NCBI GenBank assembly: GCA_052327205.1 | Contig: CM126204.1 | Span: 155,310,001 to 155,374,000 of the forward strand | Source of the DNA: Somniosus microcephalus | Taxonomy: Eukaryota | Direction of reading: 5' to 3' | DNA length: 64,000 bases | Shown here: positions 49,781 through 64,000 of the stretch, piece after piece | How the letters are laid out: every line of letters begins with the position of its first letter | Numbering within the stretch: the stretch's first letter is position 1 | Program-made: the position numbers and the translations under genes | Notes under the pieces: generated by a model | The model's database searches: none | What the model was told of the DNA's origin: nothing | What the model saw: the letters and a program-made list of their open reading frames with translations, nothing else

Positions 49781-51859
49781 TCTCTGGATTATTAATTCAG
49801 GCCACGGGATTACTAGTCCAGCCACATAACCACTACATAGCCCTATATCCAGCAGTACTGACAAATTCACATTTAGCAATGGACAGTACTGTAAATCAAG
49901 TGGTGTACATGTCCTACGACAATAGGTTGCTTTGACTGGAGGCAGAAGAACCACCTGAATTTACAGATGTGGCTGATTGGATAGGTTTTCAGTTCTGCCA
50001 TATGACAAAGCTAGGTTTTGAATGATTGATTAATGAACTGAATCCAGAGGTGGATTTGATAGATCAGATTGAATCTAGGTCAGTAAGCAAAAGAATGGAA
50101 AGTCCCACGGTTAAGTTCTACCTCCGTTTCTGCAGAGTCCGGAGCCAAGGCTTCAGCCAGTATTACCAAAATCGCCAGATTTCTGACCTAGGTTACAACC
50201 GGAATGACTGAGACCAGTACAATGCGACACCCTTACTCCAGCAATCCTACAGTGCTGATGCCTCTTCTGCACCTCATGATGCTAAGATTTTACAGTTCAA
50301 GCAGGAAAAGGAGTGTCGTGTTAAGGAAGAAAAAATTATTTTCTCCTTAATACAAATGAATATGGATCCTGCTTCAAAATATGGTTCCCTAACCATGTGG
50401 GATGCTAGGCAATCTCCCATTACCTGGCGTGTCCGTGATTTAAGATTTAGACTATAGTTCAAATATCGATTTTTAAACAAACCATGGTGTATGAAGCAAA
50501 GTCATCCTGTCTTTAAAGAAAAGTCTAAGTATGTGCAAAGTTTGAATCCAGGCCTCAAAAACGCTGAACAAAAATTATTTCTAGAATTATCTTCAACCTG
50601 AACTCATTTTTCTTTACAAAAACATTAAAAACTTTGTGCAGTACAAAATCCTTGACACACAAGTTGGCAGGGCACTAGTACCCATGCTGTTCTCAACCAA
50701 CCATTTGTAGGCCTGCAAGACTGGGTTTGGGTGGTCATTTATAAATGATATGCCATTCCCTACATCAGAATTTCACCCATGACCAATTACAGAAGTTTAA
50801 GCGTTATACCTGTGTTGGATTACCAGTTTAAGTTGGTTGGAATCTGTAAATCGAGGTAGCAAGTTATTTATTGGTACAAGCATTTGCAGGTTGTTCCCAG
50901 CTCACCCAATACTGAAAACCGATCAGAGACAAAATTCTTTTAAGTGCGTGAAAATCAAAAGTAAATGTACAAAGCGATTAAGGCAATGCTTCATGGACTG
51001 TCTCTTCCACCCCCAGCAATATTTATTTTATGACAATGTCTATCTCAGTTTTCAGAGAAGAAATATAGAAAAATAAAACTCCACCACTTAAGCTAGGATG
51101 CACACGCTACAGTGGCATGTGCTGGAGAGCCAAGTGCGAAGAACATTTGGACACATTCATTCAAAAGCAGAGTGCCATTTATTTTAAGAGATTATCAGGA
51201 TCTGGAGCTACACAGAGTTTGGAACTGCCAGCTCATCAAGTCTGTACATGTCACTGGATTATAACCACAGTATTGATGCTAAAATCGCAAAGTACAAAAT
51301 AAGCCTTCGGTATAAATTGACATCACTTTTTTCACCCACTACTGTTGTCAGACAACTATTAGTCTAAAACCAGCACTACTTCCAAAAGGGTCAATTTCAA
51401 TTCACAGTATTTAGTCTTAAAGTATTCTCTCCACGTCCCCACCCACACCCAGCCCCCCACCACCCCCAGTATGCATTTAATAGTCCCCAGTGATAACTAC
51501 ACAATGAAAATGAACAGAACTGGTTAGTGCCTGTACATGCACTCAGATTACATATTCACGTGTGCATAAAAAGGAGATGTCTATCTCATTTACAGTTTGA
51601 TCTCAGAGGGAGAAGGAACTTTTAATAGGACAACCTACTTGCATACTAATTTCACTACTCATAATGAACAGCTCCAACATCTGAAAGTGCTTTGCTCAGC
51701 ATTCCTGTCCCTTCCACATTAATTACTACTCGATAAATGGAAAAGCAGTTATGGCAGAGATGATGAGATTTGCTACTTCAAATTAAATGGTATTAATTAG
51801 TGCGCCTATTTTAGGAATTTGCTGAACAGCTAAACAAGGTAACCAGCCGACAACTGTAC

Positions 51860-51963
51860 CTGATGTTATCTGGTGGTTCATCGTCATCATTATCCCCATT
51901 CTTCCTCTTCATTCCTAGCGGAACTGGGCTCCCATCTGAATTTGAACTGTTGACAGCTGGTGT
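51860..51963 (-). CDS. XRN2: XRN2 exon (TPAVNSSNSDGSPVPLGMKRKNGDNDDDEPPDNI-R)
   Basis: tttccag acceptor, AG/gtacag donor, 104 nt; resembles human SDGSPSPLGGIKRK...EDNVR. Confidence 0.92.
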
Positions 51964-54224
51964 CTGGAAAATTTAAAAAGTAAAAATAAAAAACAAATTA
52001 AAAAAATTGCTTTGTAAAACTGCAAAAGGCAGCGAATGACATAACTGGCTCAAACAAATCACAACTTAAGGTGGGACTTTGCCTGCAATGATGCTGGAGT
52101 TCTATGTGCTTTTGATTAAAGTTGCGATGTAGCAAGTCACAGAAATTCATGCCAACATGGAGTGTCACTAGTACTTAACAGATCAATAGAAAAGCTACAC
52201 TAAAACAGGCCAACAAGCTCAAAATCAAAATGATGCCTATAGATGTTGTAGAAGTCACATGACAAAACACTTCAGTCAGCAGGGCATCCTGCCACCGCCT
52301 TGAAATAACGAGCACTAGTTTGATTTTACTGAGAGCCATACATTATCATCCATCAATTCTGGAACATTTCCTTTCATGACATTGCAGTACTCTGCAATGA
52401 AAATCATCACATTAAGAATGGCAGAAGAACATTAATTTTGCAGCACTTTTATGCCACTATGCTGGTGGTGTTTTTTTTTCTTGTGACATGTCAGTGGAAG
52501 GGAACAAATCTTGTTTCTTCCCAAAGTCAGCATTGCACATTTGCAGTTCAAGTATTGCAAAAAATGGATGCAAGATAAAGCTTTCACTACAATACTCCAA
52601 CAACTGCTTCAAGTACATCCCCTATTACTCAAGTGCCACAATTCAATTTTTCTCACTAGTCAAATGCAGTCCAAGAGTGCCAACTCAGTAAGAACTCAAA
52701 CAATTTTTGTGGGCTGACAATTTGACTTGCTTACTGCAGTTGCTACATAATAATGGCGTAGCAACATCGCTTGTTTCCAGGATTGAAATGTTTGCAACCT
52801 ACTCTCTGCTGGCCAGTTGGTTAAGGTAGTGAACAGGTAAGCCAATGAGAACAGAAGGGTCTCGGATTCAATCCATGTGCTGTGTTGAACTTAGCTGGTC
52901 TCACATGGGGCAGCACAATTAGCTTTAGCACCCATGTGTGGAGGAGCAGAGAAACAGGGACACATACATACACACAGCCTGTGATTCCGTTACAGTTTAC
53001 TATCCAATAACCAGTGCTGGAAATGTGTCTGTATAGACATCAGGTGAACACACTGTTGTGATGTCCCCCTTGATCAATAGCCTGTCAACATTCACTGTAA
53101 GCTCATGAAAAATGCCCACTTTGGAAAAAGTGCCAGAGGTCATTCTTCACCTGTGGAACTGTACCCCAGCAAGCGATGACAAAAACTGACAGAAGGAATG
53201 AGGGTTTGAAACTGAAAATATATACTATGAAAGGTGATGCTCAATGTCTACAAGAAATACTTAACTCACGAGTTGTCCACTCAGCCTCATTTATATGAAA
53301 AAATCTTATTTACACCGAGGTGAAAATTATGTTCTGTGATATTCAAACACAATTGCATGAAATTCCTTTGCCAACTACCTTAAAGAAAGCATCAGTATAT
53401 TTTAAATGGGCTAATGCCCCATTAAAATAGCATCCAGGAGTTCACTACAGATGATTTAGTGCATGCTTATATAACACAACATTATTTTATGCTGCCTGGC
53501 CTGAGTATTTCCAGCATTTTCTGTTTGTATTATTTTATTCAACATATATGTCTCTTATACAAGATCCAGATTTTATTCGTCATGCAATTTCAGGCATATG
53601 TTAAATGCAAAATATAGGATTGTTAATGGAGTCCTACATTTAGCAATTAACAAATATGCTTAAAATACTGTCCCATTTTTAATCTTTCCCTTCGTTGTAC
53701 TTCTTTCCGCTAGCCCTGGTAGAGTGGATCGGTGACGATACACCAGGCACCTGCAACTGCCACTCAAAAGGAGTGATCAAAGCAGCCCTGGAATGACTGA
53801 CCAAGGAACAACAGTAATTTTCTACTCTAATTCTGTAGAACCACCACATTTTTTGGAACATTTCCCTTCCCCCCCCCCCCCCATTTAAATAATTCAGAGC
53901 TAAAACACTATTGCAGCTTCAGGATAGTACATGTGCTGTATTCGGAGCTCAATTAGCTAGCATATTTATTGAATCCCACAAGAACGGTTATGGTGGCTAC
54001 AAAAAAAATGTGCATTTTACTAACTGGGGGGGAAAAAAAAAAGAGGGTGGTACAGTTACTACTGAGAAAACATTTGAAACTAAATGTATAGTTTAATAAT
54101 TTGAAGTCAATGCAGTAAGTTATTCAACCAAAATAATTTAATAGCCAAGGAATTTAAGGGGAGATTGTCCAAAAAGATGCAGCAGTGGCACAAAAAGCTT
54201 GGTGCCCAATGAGGGATTAGCTCA

Positions 54225-55080
54225 CACTCATCATGAAGGGACCCACGTTATCCATAGCCACCCTCTCTCTTAATATATTTGTAAAAACCTGCAGTCTTGT
54301 CCTTGCTATCCCTCGCAGGCCTTTTCTCATATTGCCTTTTTCCAGCTCTAACCACTTTCTTTTCTGCCTAATCTATTGTGGTCAATTCCTGCCTCATCCG
54401 TCCAGTCAACCGTACCTACATTTAACGCCCTGGTTCGTGACTCACCCGTCTCCCTCTTAAAACTACTGGTGAATATTTTGGTCACTGTTGAGCTAGGTGT
54501 TCCCATACCGCTAGATTATTGACTAATTCAGGCTCATTGTTAGTTACTCAATGTAAGATGGCATGCTCTCTTGTTGGTTCAAGAACATATTGTTCCAGAA
54601 AACTGTCCCGAGACACATGAAATTCACTGCCTTTGGGACTTGAGCTGTTCTGCATGAAAATTAGTCTATGAAAATTAAAGTCTCCCATTATAACTACCCT
54701 TTTTGCAACAAGCTTCTCTGATCTCCGCGTTTATATATTTCGCAACTTTATTATTGCTATCTGGTGGTCTATAAACAACTCCCACCAAAGTCTTGCAACC
54801 TTTTCTATTCATCAACTCTACCTAAAAAGTGTTACTAATGCCTTCTCACCCTTACTGATAATTGTTCTTTCTAATGCTGTAATAGTGTCACTTGTCAATA
54901 TTGTTACTCTTCCTTTTCCAATATTTCTGCCCTTTCTAAAGACCTTATAATCTGGAACATTCATCTCCCAGTCATGCCCAGCTTGTAATCAGGTCTCAGT
55001 GATGGGCACAAGGTCATACCCTTTAAGCTGAATTTGTGCTCCTCATTCACTTGTTTTATTTCTCACACGACATAAGAACT
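54225..55080 (-). mobile_element. Old CR1 fragment, AP-endonuclease region
   Basis: Minus strand RVVIMGDFNF endonuclease motif near 54670-54700; heavily decayed. Confidence 0.6.
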
Positions 55081-57001
55081 TTTAATTGGGCAATGGACCT
55101 TATCCTGCCTTTATGCCCTGATGTTTTTAAACATAAATTTTAACTCATCACATGCCTTGTTTTTTTTAAAAATCACTTCTGTTGTATTTTCATCAGTTAT
55201 TTCCTATATTTTTTCTAAACCTGAAGTATTTATATTACCTTTAACACTACTTATGACCTCAACTTCACTCTTATCCCTTTTTTAAATCTTTAGGCTTTTT
55301 TTCCTGCCAAGCCAATACTATTTAAATAGATAAATCATATTGATAGTCACCTACAGGGATTAGAAGCCCGTAATGGTGTTATCGATGAGTTTTCAGAGGA
55401 CATCAGGCTGAATATAAAATATAACCCAAGAATTTTTTTTTTTTTTTTTAAACTTTGAAACACTTCCACTGAAATTATACTAGAACCCTGGCCTGGTGCC
55501 AATCTTGTAAACTCTATTCTCCCACTGACCTTACAACAGCAGTCATCCTGATCATGTACTTTCTACAGCAGTCACTTAGCACGTGATTCACAAGTTCAAC
55601 TTAAATCAAGATGCAGAAAAAAACAATGCTCTATACAATATAAATAATGTTTGCTTGGATCATGCATTATTAGGATGCAATGCATATTTGGGTTGAAATG
55701 ACTCACTGTTCAAAGCATCATCTGAAACTATAGATTAAAGTTCTAATGGTTAAACCCCACCCCTACTATTTTCCATCCAATATCGTCATAACTGATTAAT
55801 TCAATTTTGTTCTACATTAAAAAAAAATCAAACTAATGAGACAACAGTTCATGGTCAACATTGCGTATTGAAATCAACTGGTAACTTCATAAATTTGCAT
55901 CATCGTGAGAGAAAATTCATTTGTTGCATGACTATAACAGGATTCTTGAAATAACTTTACTCTTTAGATTGCTACAGATTATCCCATGATGAGTCTCCAT
56001 CATCAGGGTGGCAGGTATCCTTACTGGAATGCAGGGGAACTTCTACAGGCTGAAACTGTGCTCAAGATGGGGGAATGGTGCTCCTCTCATTTCAGGCACC
56101 CAGTGTCAGCATCAAGTACTGCGAGGTCAGGTGCAGAGCAAGGTTCGCTCTACTCTGCCCCATTCCTCGCTGATAAGATTGCCAAATTAGTGTTAAACTA
56201 TGGACACTTTTGTGCTGCAAGCCTGCCCACTAGGGGCTGTGTTGAGACTGCCCAAAGTCATGGGCCCCTTGCAGCCAGACAAAGAAAAAAACTTGAATCC
56301 CATCAGTCTGGATTTGAACCCAAGTCCCAGAATTGTGCCACCAAAGCTCCCACCTTTAAGTTTGCTTTCATATCAAGCAGACAAAACAATGGGGATCTCA
56401 CGCTTGGCATTCTTTTTATTTTGGTTTTGAGGTGTACAGACTCACCAGGCACAGGCTAGCACTGAAGAACTGATAAATACCCAGATGCATGGCCTAATGG
56501 AGCATTGATTAAAGACATCTAATTGTACTAAAATTCCTTGATCAATCTGTTTTTTCTAACTGCATCCTTAACAGAGATTAAGAGCATGAAATTATTCTGT
56601 ACCTTTGTACCCCTTATATCAGGAACTCTATGATGTCCGACCACAAATGTCATACATCCTTTATTCCCCAGCAAGGGAAATCAACTCCCCTGGCAGAATT
56701 CTAGCCACATTTCATGAAGTGAAGCAATAAAATTGGAAGAAATAGTTAATAGGGTGGGAATTAGAAAAAGTCACTTGGCCCACTAAGTTTACTCGATCCA
56801 TGTTTATATGAACTGCCTCATTTTCATCTCTCTCCTGCTTTGGCACAATGTCCACATCTATTTATTCAATGTAAACCAAAATCATATTTGTTTTATTTTT
56901 GAATGCTTCAATTGTCATTATATAAGCTAGAGGTAGATGCAGGAAGAAAAATGGTCGAGCCGCAAGGAACATCCTAAAATGAACTTCAAAAGTTACAATT
57001 A

Positions 57002-57339
57002 CAGGAAACTTTAGTTTAACCGGAGGTTAAATGTCCGGAAAGCTCTATCTACCGGCAAAATTCAGGAGCTGTTTCCTATAAGTTTTTTTACTTCTCGTTG
57101 CTTTTTTTTTTTCCCCCAGTCAGGTTCTGCAAGGTCTAGCTGAAGCTGTTGCTTAGCTACAGAGATGCTTTTAAGCTGCGGCCGACTGTTTTGAAGCTGT
57201 TGCTAAGCAACAGGGTTTGTTGATTCACACGGAGCTCAAAAGCTCCGTATGTTTTAACATTAGCGCTGGTTTCTACGGCAGTTTTGATGGTACGGCACCA
57301 GCTCGGTCCCGTCAGTGCCAGATACCAGAAAGTTTCCTG
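57002..57339 (+). mobile_element. MITE family A, copy 5
   Basis: TA-caggaaacttt...aaagtttcctg-TA. Confidence 0.88.
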
Positions 57340-60300
57340 TACTAGCTTCAGACAGAGCTAAAAATTATGAAATACAAGGATAAATATGACTTCTTCCAAG
57401 TCCATATCCCCTGGTTCTAGAATTTGTGGCAATCTTAAACATGTTAAAACAGTTCAATTTATCTAATTCCTTAAGAACCATGAATACTCAAATATCTCTC
57501 TTCTTGAGAGTCCACAATCCCAGGCTCTTTAATTTCCTTTTCATAGCGAAAATGCCATCGGCTACATATCAGTTTGGTTACCCTTTTATGCACTGCCTCC
57601 AATGCCTGGATACCCTTACTATAGTACAGCAACTGGAATTGTGCTGTTATCCAGCTGTGGCCATGGTCATTGTCACCATGTCCTGCCACAGTTGATAAGC
57701 CTGCACAGATTAGTGTCAAGGCTGACAATAGTGGCCACTTGGAGAAGCTACCAAGAATATTTTCCACCCATGCAACAATACCAAAGAGAAAAGAACCAGA
57801 GTGAGCAAAAAAGTACTGCCAAGAAAAATAAATCCCATCTCTATGGCTCATCACAGCAAGTAAGTTACACTTCAGGTTAAATTAGTAATCTTTAAAATGC
57901 CAGAAGTTATATGAAACAGAAACCCAACTTATTACATCATTAGTCTTGAGGTACCATATCAAATATGTGTTCTGAAAGACTTAAAATCCAATCTAACTAC
58001 TGTATTCAGAAGGAATTCCATCTAAATTGCAATGCCCTATTTATCTTACAAAAAGCCATGTGCTAGCTAACTTCCTTTTCCAGATGTCCTGAAATTTCTT
58101 CTCTTAACTCCTAATATTCTCACTAAAGATGTCAAGCTAAAATGCCTACAAAATTCTTCATCAAATCTTTTGAAAACATTAGTCAACATTTTGATGCTCA
58201 ATATGCTTCACAAAATTTCCTCCACCCTAATTTCTTTTAGTGTTCTTGAATTCTTTTTATATGGGTCTGTTGCTTTATGCACCTTAATGTATTCCATTTT
58301 TCCCCATCATCATTTCACCACTGATCACTATTTGCTCCAAATTTGGATATACCCAGCACTATTTTGGTTATCCACTTGGGAATCTAATTGGAGAGTACTA
58401 AACCATTTATAACCTTTGCCCCTGGTGCTGTGGGAACTGCCCATTTATTTTTCAGAGCTGGCATATTTATTATACAGCTGCTTTTCAGTTTGCAAATTTT
58501 ATTGCTAGCTGAGAAAAATACACAGTCCAGGCCAGCAAGCCCAAAAGTGCTTCTACTGGCCTGGCCAGGTAGGCTGAATCGCTCAAACTTTCAGCACCAG
58601 AAGATATGGCTAGCTTTGCAGCAACTGAAGAATCCATCTACTTTAGTTAATCTAGATCCTATTCAAGGCAACAATACTACCGTGCTGGAAGGACAGTTGT
58701 CACAACACCACAATATAATTTTCCCAGACATGAAGTCAGTTTGTACACAAGCAATTTAGTTCAAAGGCAGTGTGCCCAGATTTCTCTGAATTTGTAAATC
58801 TAGACATGGCACTTAAATCCACAATCCATACAAAAGAATAAAACCATAGACAGATGGTGCCCGAAAAAGGAGCCAGTACACTTCTTTGATTCAGCGCACA
58901 AAGTCTCACCTATTGCATTCTCCTTTGCACACTTGCGGAAAGGGAGAGGATGGAGCAAATGTGTGCAACACAGGGGTCTTGCATTTTCCATTTCCCCCCC
59001 ATACTCTCACTAATTTTCTAAACTTACGCATCGGGTAATTTTTTATGCTCATTAAAACAAGGCAGTGACTGCCGGAGAATAAAAAACATGTCTGCTTTTT
59101 ACTCCGTGTTGAGCACCCTTACACTCCAACAAGTCACTTAAATTCCACCAAGTCACTTTAACCCCAACCTCAGAGTTGCTCCTTCTGCAACTTGTATGCA
59201 TTTTTCCAATTCTGATACTACTGCTGCGGACGACCTCTCAGAGGAAAGCCTGACAATTCGCATAGCATCGTGGATAGTTTATACAATGTACTTTCAGAAC
59301 TCATTTCACCAAATGCACTACAGCCAAATGGGCTGGAGTCAAAATCCAAAGTGAAAAAAAGTTAGTAACCCACTAACGACCTATTCCTTAACTTTTCAGC
59401 ATATCAGTTTCAGCATCACCGCTTTTCTCTAATTTCCCCATTGAAATGAAATTTAACTTTCCCTTTGCTACAGACATTAAAATTATCCACCTCCATTCAA
59501 TTTCACCCTCTTGTACGAAAGAAACACTCTGCAATTACTCCCTAGCCATTTTTTCCACATTCCCAATTCTTTTGTCACCATGAAGGGAGCACTTCAGAAA
59601 AGCGACCTGGAATCACAAACCTCCATGAGGCCACATGATGTTAAGTAAATCAGGTTATCTCACAACAGGTGGTATAGCTTTTAAATGAGATAGGTTTAAA
59701 AAAAAGTCCAAGGAGGTCCAACATACCCCCTTCAGCACATGAAGTGTCAAACCTAAGCTCCATGAGGCGACCTCTTCCAGCCCCAACTCTGGATTTATAT
59801 TAACTAGAGTCAGTACAAAGCAAAAATCACTTTGCATCAGCAATAAACCTGGAGTATAAATACATTGTCAGTTTGTGGATAAAATACAAGCATATTTACT
59901 GCCAGGAATTAAGACGTCGAAGTAAGCAGCTCAAAGTTGTTTGCGCACCGAGTAATCTTTAACTAGAATATGGATGGGCTTGGAATGCAAAGTTACAGTA
60001 TACACAAATGCAGATCACTTAACTGACTAAAAAGTAAACTGCAGAACACCAATATCCAATATAATAGCAACTGAGGTCTTCGTGCTATTTAATGAAGAGA
60101 AGTTATTTGCAAGACATGCTATACTTCACAGATATACCAAAGAAAAATAATCAGAACTTCTCATAAGATATTTTTCTTGTGGAGGGAAGTGGAAAGGGAA
60201 AGGGAGGGGAGTTGCTGAAAAAACTACAACTCTAGAATCATCAAAACTATTATAATATGGCTCAACTCAAACAAATAACATAAGCAACATAGACCAAGAG

Positions 60301-60932
60301 CGCCTACTCAGTTCAGTTCTCTCCCCAATTTTAAAATCTTTCCTGACAGATTTCCTTCAATGCAGCCCTGTAAACATTTATTTACTTCAGTAGCTTGAGA
60401 AGAATGTGCAGATAAAGTACAGCAGGAGGAAATCACCTTAAATGAGAACGCTCTATTAAGTGCAAGATAATATGCAATAGAGATTCATAATTTAAGAAAA
60501 CAAAACACACCCACACTTAGAATCTGAGACCAGCAAATGACATTCTGTGGATTGTTCAACACTTTTGTTTCTAGGGGACTGCAAAGAAACTCCATGACTA
60601 AAATTTAAATGTTAGTGAGGAGGTACCTTCTCCTATTTTAAAAAGGTACTATAATAAGTACTATTCCATTTTTTGGAAATTAAAATCCAAATGTGTACTA
60701 CATTCTATGAACAAACAAGACCATGCTTTAACTAAACTATAGCCCTAACAATGTAATTTAATCTTGAAGCAGCTCAGGAGAACTGTACAAGAACTACAGC
60801 ATCTTAGAACATAGTTAGAATCATCACCTCTGATGTAACAGTTGTTACCTCATCAGGTAATAAATCACATATAAACATCTGATCATCGTAGCAACTTTTT
60901 GCTTTGGCTCCTAAAGCCTATCATAATCTCAC

Positions 60933-61076
60933 CCTATTTTGTTGATCTCTACCCTGTACTCTCATTTCAAAGGCCGTCTGTCTTGGATTCTGTATGGCCT
61001 GTGGTCTACCTCCACCACTCCGCTGGCCCAGAGCTTGTGGAGCAAGCTGCCCACCTGGAATGGATGGTACATCGGT
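60933..61076 (-). CDS. XRN2: XRN2 exon (TDVPSIPGGQLAPQALGQRSGGGRPQAIQNPRQTAFEMRVQGRDQQNR)
   Basis: tttcatcag acceptor, AGG/gtgaga donor, 144 nt, phase 0-0; resembles human NPRQAAYEMRMQ. Confidence 0.9.
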
Positions 61077-62915
61077 CTGATGAAAGAAAAAAAAGTTACA
61101 GGTATAGCAATGGTTAAAAAGGTGAAAAGGCTGCAATTTAGGCAACAAACTAGCAATCAAGAACAGTTTCAAGATAGATGAACAGGATACAACAGAAGCA
61201 CAAAGCACACCAAATTTCCATAAGGTCCCAGGAGGCAGATTGACAAGTCACAGAAGTTTCACAAAAAAAAAATCAGGCAAGTTGGCGTTAACAGGTGGAC
61301 AGACAGACCAGACCAACATAGGTCAGCAAACTTTTAGGAGGCAAAATTATCCCAGGACCTCCTTTTATAAATTTAACCCAATTATAATACTGAAACCTAC
61401 ACTGATAATTTCCAGATATTCTAGATTAACACAGCAAATTTATAGATACACTCATATTTTACTGCAATAAAAATTAGTACAATTTTTTTTAAATTTCATT
61501 TCTTCAAACTGCTTTTTTTTCCATCTTTTCAAATCTAATTCTTTGATATTTTCTAACACTATTTAATTTTTCCCCAAAGTACTATTTTACAAACAATTTC
61601 AGTTTCAAACAAACATCGTAAAGATAAAGTTTGTTTGGGGATCCTGATCCTGTTTGGAAAAGAAGTTCAGTTTAAACTAAAACCAAAATGCCAGCTTGTC
61701 TGTTGACAGGCTCCTCAATGATACTTTCCTCATCATTCGGAATAAAAACACCCAGTGAGAGAAAATTGTTGTTTTCCCACCATTTTGTGATTAAGGTGAG
61801 TGATAAGATTGGGGAGGGATATTCTCTACCTTAGTTGAATCTTAATTTATTTTCTATAGGAAAATAGCCCAAAATAAATTAATAAGAAAAATCTCTAGGG
61901 AAATACCTTTCAAGACATTTGGGGTAAAGATTTCAGAGACTTGCCAACAGTGGGGCCTCGCGCACAGTAAATTGCAGGGTCTTGTAAAATTCCACCCCCA
62001 ATGCATGATCTGAAATTACTATCCCCATTCCATGTTGTTCACAAGCCCCAACATTTCTCTTGTACTTTCACCCAAGTACCTGATTTTTTTTTATAGAAAA
62101 TTAGAACATCTAAAGTATCAAAACTTCTACAAAATAAAAGTAGGAACAAACATATAGGCCAAGCAACAGATCTGCACTACAGAGATGCATTTAGCATCGA
62201 CCTTCCGATTTATAAATTTTCTTCTGCAGACGAATTCAAACACCAACAGTTGATAAAAATGTGAGACCTTTCTGGATACCAGCCTTCCAAATCCCAGAAA
62301 TGGGAAATTGCTGGACACTAGAAAGTGCAAGTATGGCTATATTAAGTGCCGCTTGCTCTTTCCTTCCTCTATGAAATGAAACACCCCACTACAACTCCAC
62401 ACAGATGGATCAATCAAAACCAAGCATTTGCTATGTAAGGAATTATAGGTGTGAAGCCATCTTGTGGCAAACCACATTGAGCACCTCTGCTGTGGTGAAT
62501 GATACTTACTCAACAAAGAGCACCCCCTCCCCCCATACTAGCTGTTATCCATGTAGAAGGCACTTCTACAACGACATGGACTCCAACAGAAGAAATGATG
62601 TAACTTTCTTTACTCTAACAAAGGCTTTTAGCAGCATGCTCCATCTCAAGTACATGGAACTGAATCAAGCAAGATATTGTAACGGTTTTGTGGCAAACAA
62701 AGCTAGTTTTTGGGAGATTTTTGAGTCATGATACAATACCCTTGAGTCATGCCGAATGAAGTAAAACCTAGACTATGTAAACAACGCAGAATGTAATTAA
62801 TTGACCAAAGAGACACCCATGGAGAAAGATGTAGTCCACATTAGGAATCCTATTGATTCAAAAAACAAAAAGGTTGCGTAAAACAAATTAATGCTCCAAG
62901 ATCGATCAATTAGTA

Positions 62916-64000
62916 TCACAGAATGGTTACAGCACAAGAGGCCATTCGGCCCATGCCGGCTCTCTGCAGGAACACTTCAGCTAGTCCCACTCCCCCACCC
63001 TTTCTCCGTAGCCCTGCAAATTCTTTTCCTTCAGGTACTTATCCAATTCCCTTTTGAATGCCACAATTGAGACTGCCTCCACCACCCTTTCAGGCAGTGC
63101 ATTCCACTTGTGGCATAAAAAAGTTTTTCCTCATGTCGCCTTTGGTTCTTTTGCCAATCACCTTAAATCTGTGTCCTCTGGTTCTTGACCCTTCTGCCAA
63201 TGGGAACAGTTTCTCTCTATCGACTCTGTCTAGACCCATCATGGTTTTCAATACCTCTATCAAACCTCCTCTCAACCTTCTCTGCTCTAAGGAGAACAAC
63301 CCCAGCCTCTCTAGTCTATCCACATAACTGAAGTCCCTTATCCCTGGAATCATTCTCATAAATCTTTTCTGCACTTTCTCTAAGGCCTTCACATCCTTTC
63401 TAAAGTACGGTGCCCAGAATTGGACACAATACTCCAGTTGAGGCCAAACCAGTGTTTTATAAAAGGTTCATCATAACTTCCTTGCTTTTGTACGCTATGC
63501 CTCTATTTACGAAGCCCAGTATCCCGTATGCTTTTTTAACCACTTTCTCAGCCTGCCCTGCCACCTTCAACAATTTGTGCATATATACCTCCAGGTCTCT
63601 CGGTTCATGCACCCCCTTTAGGATTGTACCCTTTAGTTTATATTACCTCTCCTCATTCTTCCTACCAAAATGTATCACTTTGCACTTTTCTGCGTTAAAT
63701 TTCATCTGCCACGTGTACGTTCATTTCACCAGCCTGTCCATGTCTTCTTGAAGTCTATCACTAGCCTCCTCACTGCTCACTATACTTCCAAGTTTTGTCT
63801 CGTCTGTAAATTTTGAAATTATGCCCACATCCAAGTCATTAATGTATATCAAGAAAAGCAGTGATCCTAGTACCAACCCCTGGGGAACACCACACTATAC
63901 CTTCCTCCAGTCCGAAAAACAACCAACCGTTCACCACTACTCTACTTCCTGTCACTTAGCCAATTTCGTATACATGCCGCCACTGTGCCTTTTATTCCAT
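62916..64000 (-). mobile_element. CR1 LINE 3' part (runs off window)
   Basis: ALEKVQKRFMRMIPG...LGLFSLEQRRLRG; GVPQG region near 63880. Confidence 0.9.

Larger units (their letters stand above)
1828..61076 (-). other. XRN2: XRN2 gene, 3' portion (16 coding exons, 1575 nt CDS including stop; 5' exons outside window)
   Basis: Spliced translation reads ...[17 protein letters not shown]...[20 protein letters not shown]...FKPLEQLMGVFPAASGNFLP...[23 protein letters not shown]...YPLPPDSGRYSWN*, matching the vertebrate XRN2 C-terminal half as I recall it; all introns are GT-AG and phase-compatible. Confidence 0.97.

Noticed and set aside
52800-53180. Old tRNA-SINE-like remnant (also about 13990-14240)
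   Set aside because: Resemblance only; family and boundaries could not be supported
62190-62250. Possible next upstream XRN2 exon (basic RRRQKEKRKRMK-type)
   Set aside because: Translation EFVCRRKFINRK does not match and splice sites are lacking; the exon is probably beyond 64000

Overview
Eukaryotic, intron-rich vertebrate DNA; the repeat content (HE1-like V-SINEs, CR1/L2 LINEs, Deu-SINE) points to a shark or ray. The whole window is the 3' part of XRN2 (5'-3' exoribonuclease 2) on the minus strand. I traced 16 phase-consistent GT-AG coding exons from 61076 to the stop codon at 1828 (524 aa plus stop). The 5' exons lie beyond the right edge. Most ORFs in the supplied track are repeat-derived or noise. 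The most notable non-genic structures are as follows. (1) A Penelope-like retroelement (RT + GIY-YIG) with an inverted pseudo-LTR and a 14-bp TSD. A second Penelope-type element has inserted into its YIG codons as a near-perfect 300-bp-arm palindrome with a 12-bp TSD, carrying an intact-core minimal hammerhead ribozyme motif on each strand. (2) Short stand-alone hammerhead+tail cassettes dispersed through the introns. (3) Five copies of a ~330-bp TA-targeting MITE. (4) A complete non-autonomous Helitron carrying CCAAT/CRE motifs. (5) An 11x57-bp minisatellite born from an L2 RT motif. (6) A candidate extra frame-preserving 96-nt XRN2 exon. All family assignments are by eye; no database searches were run.
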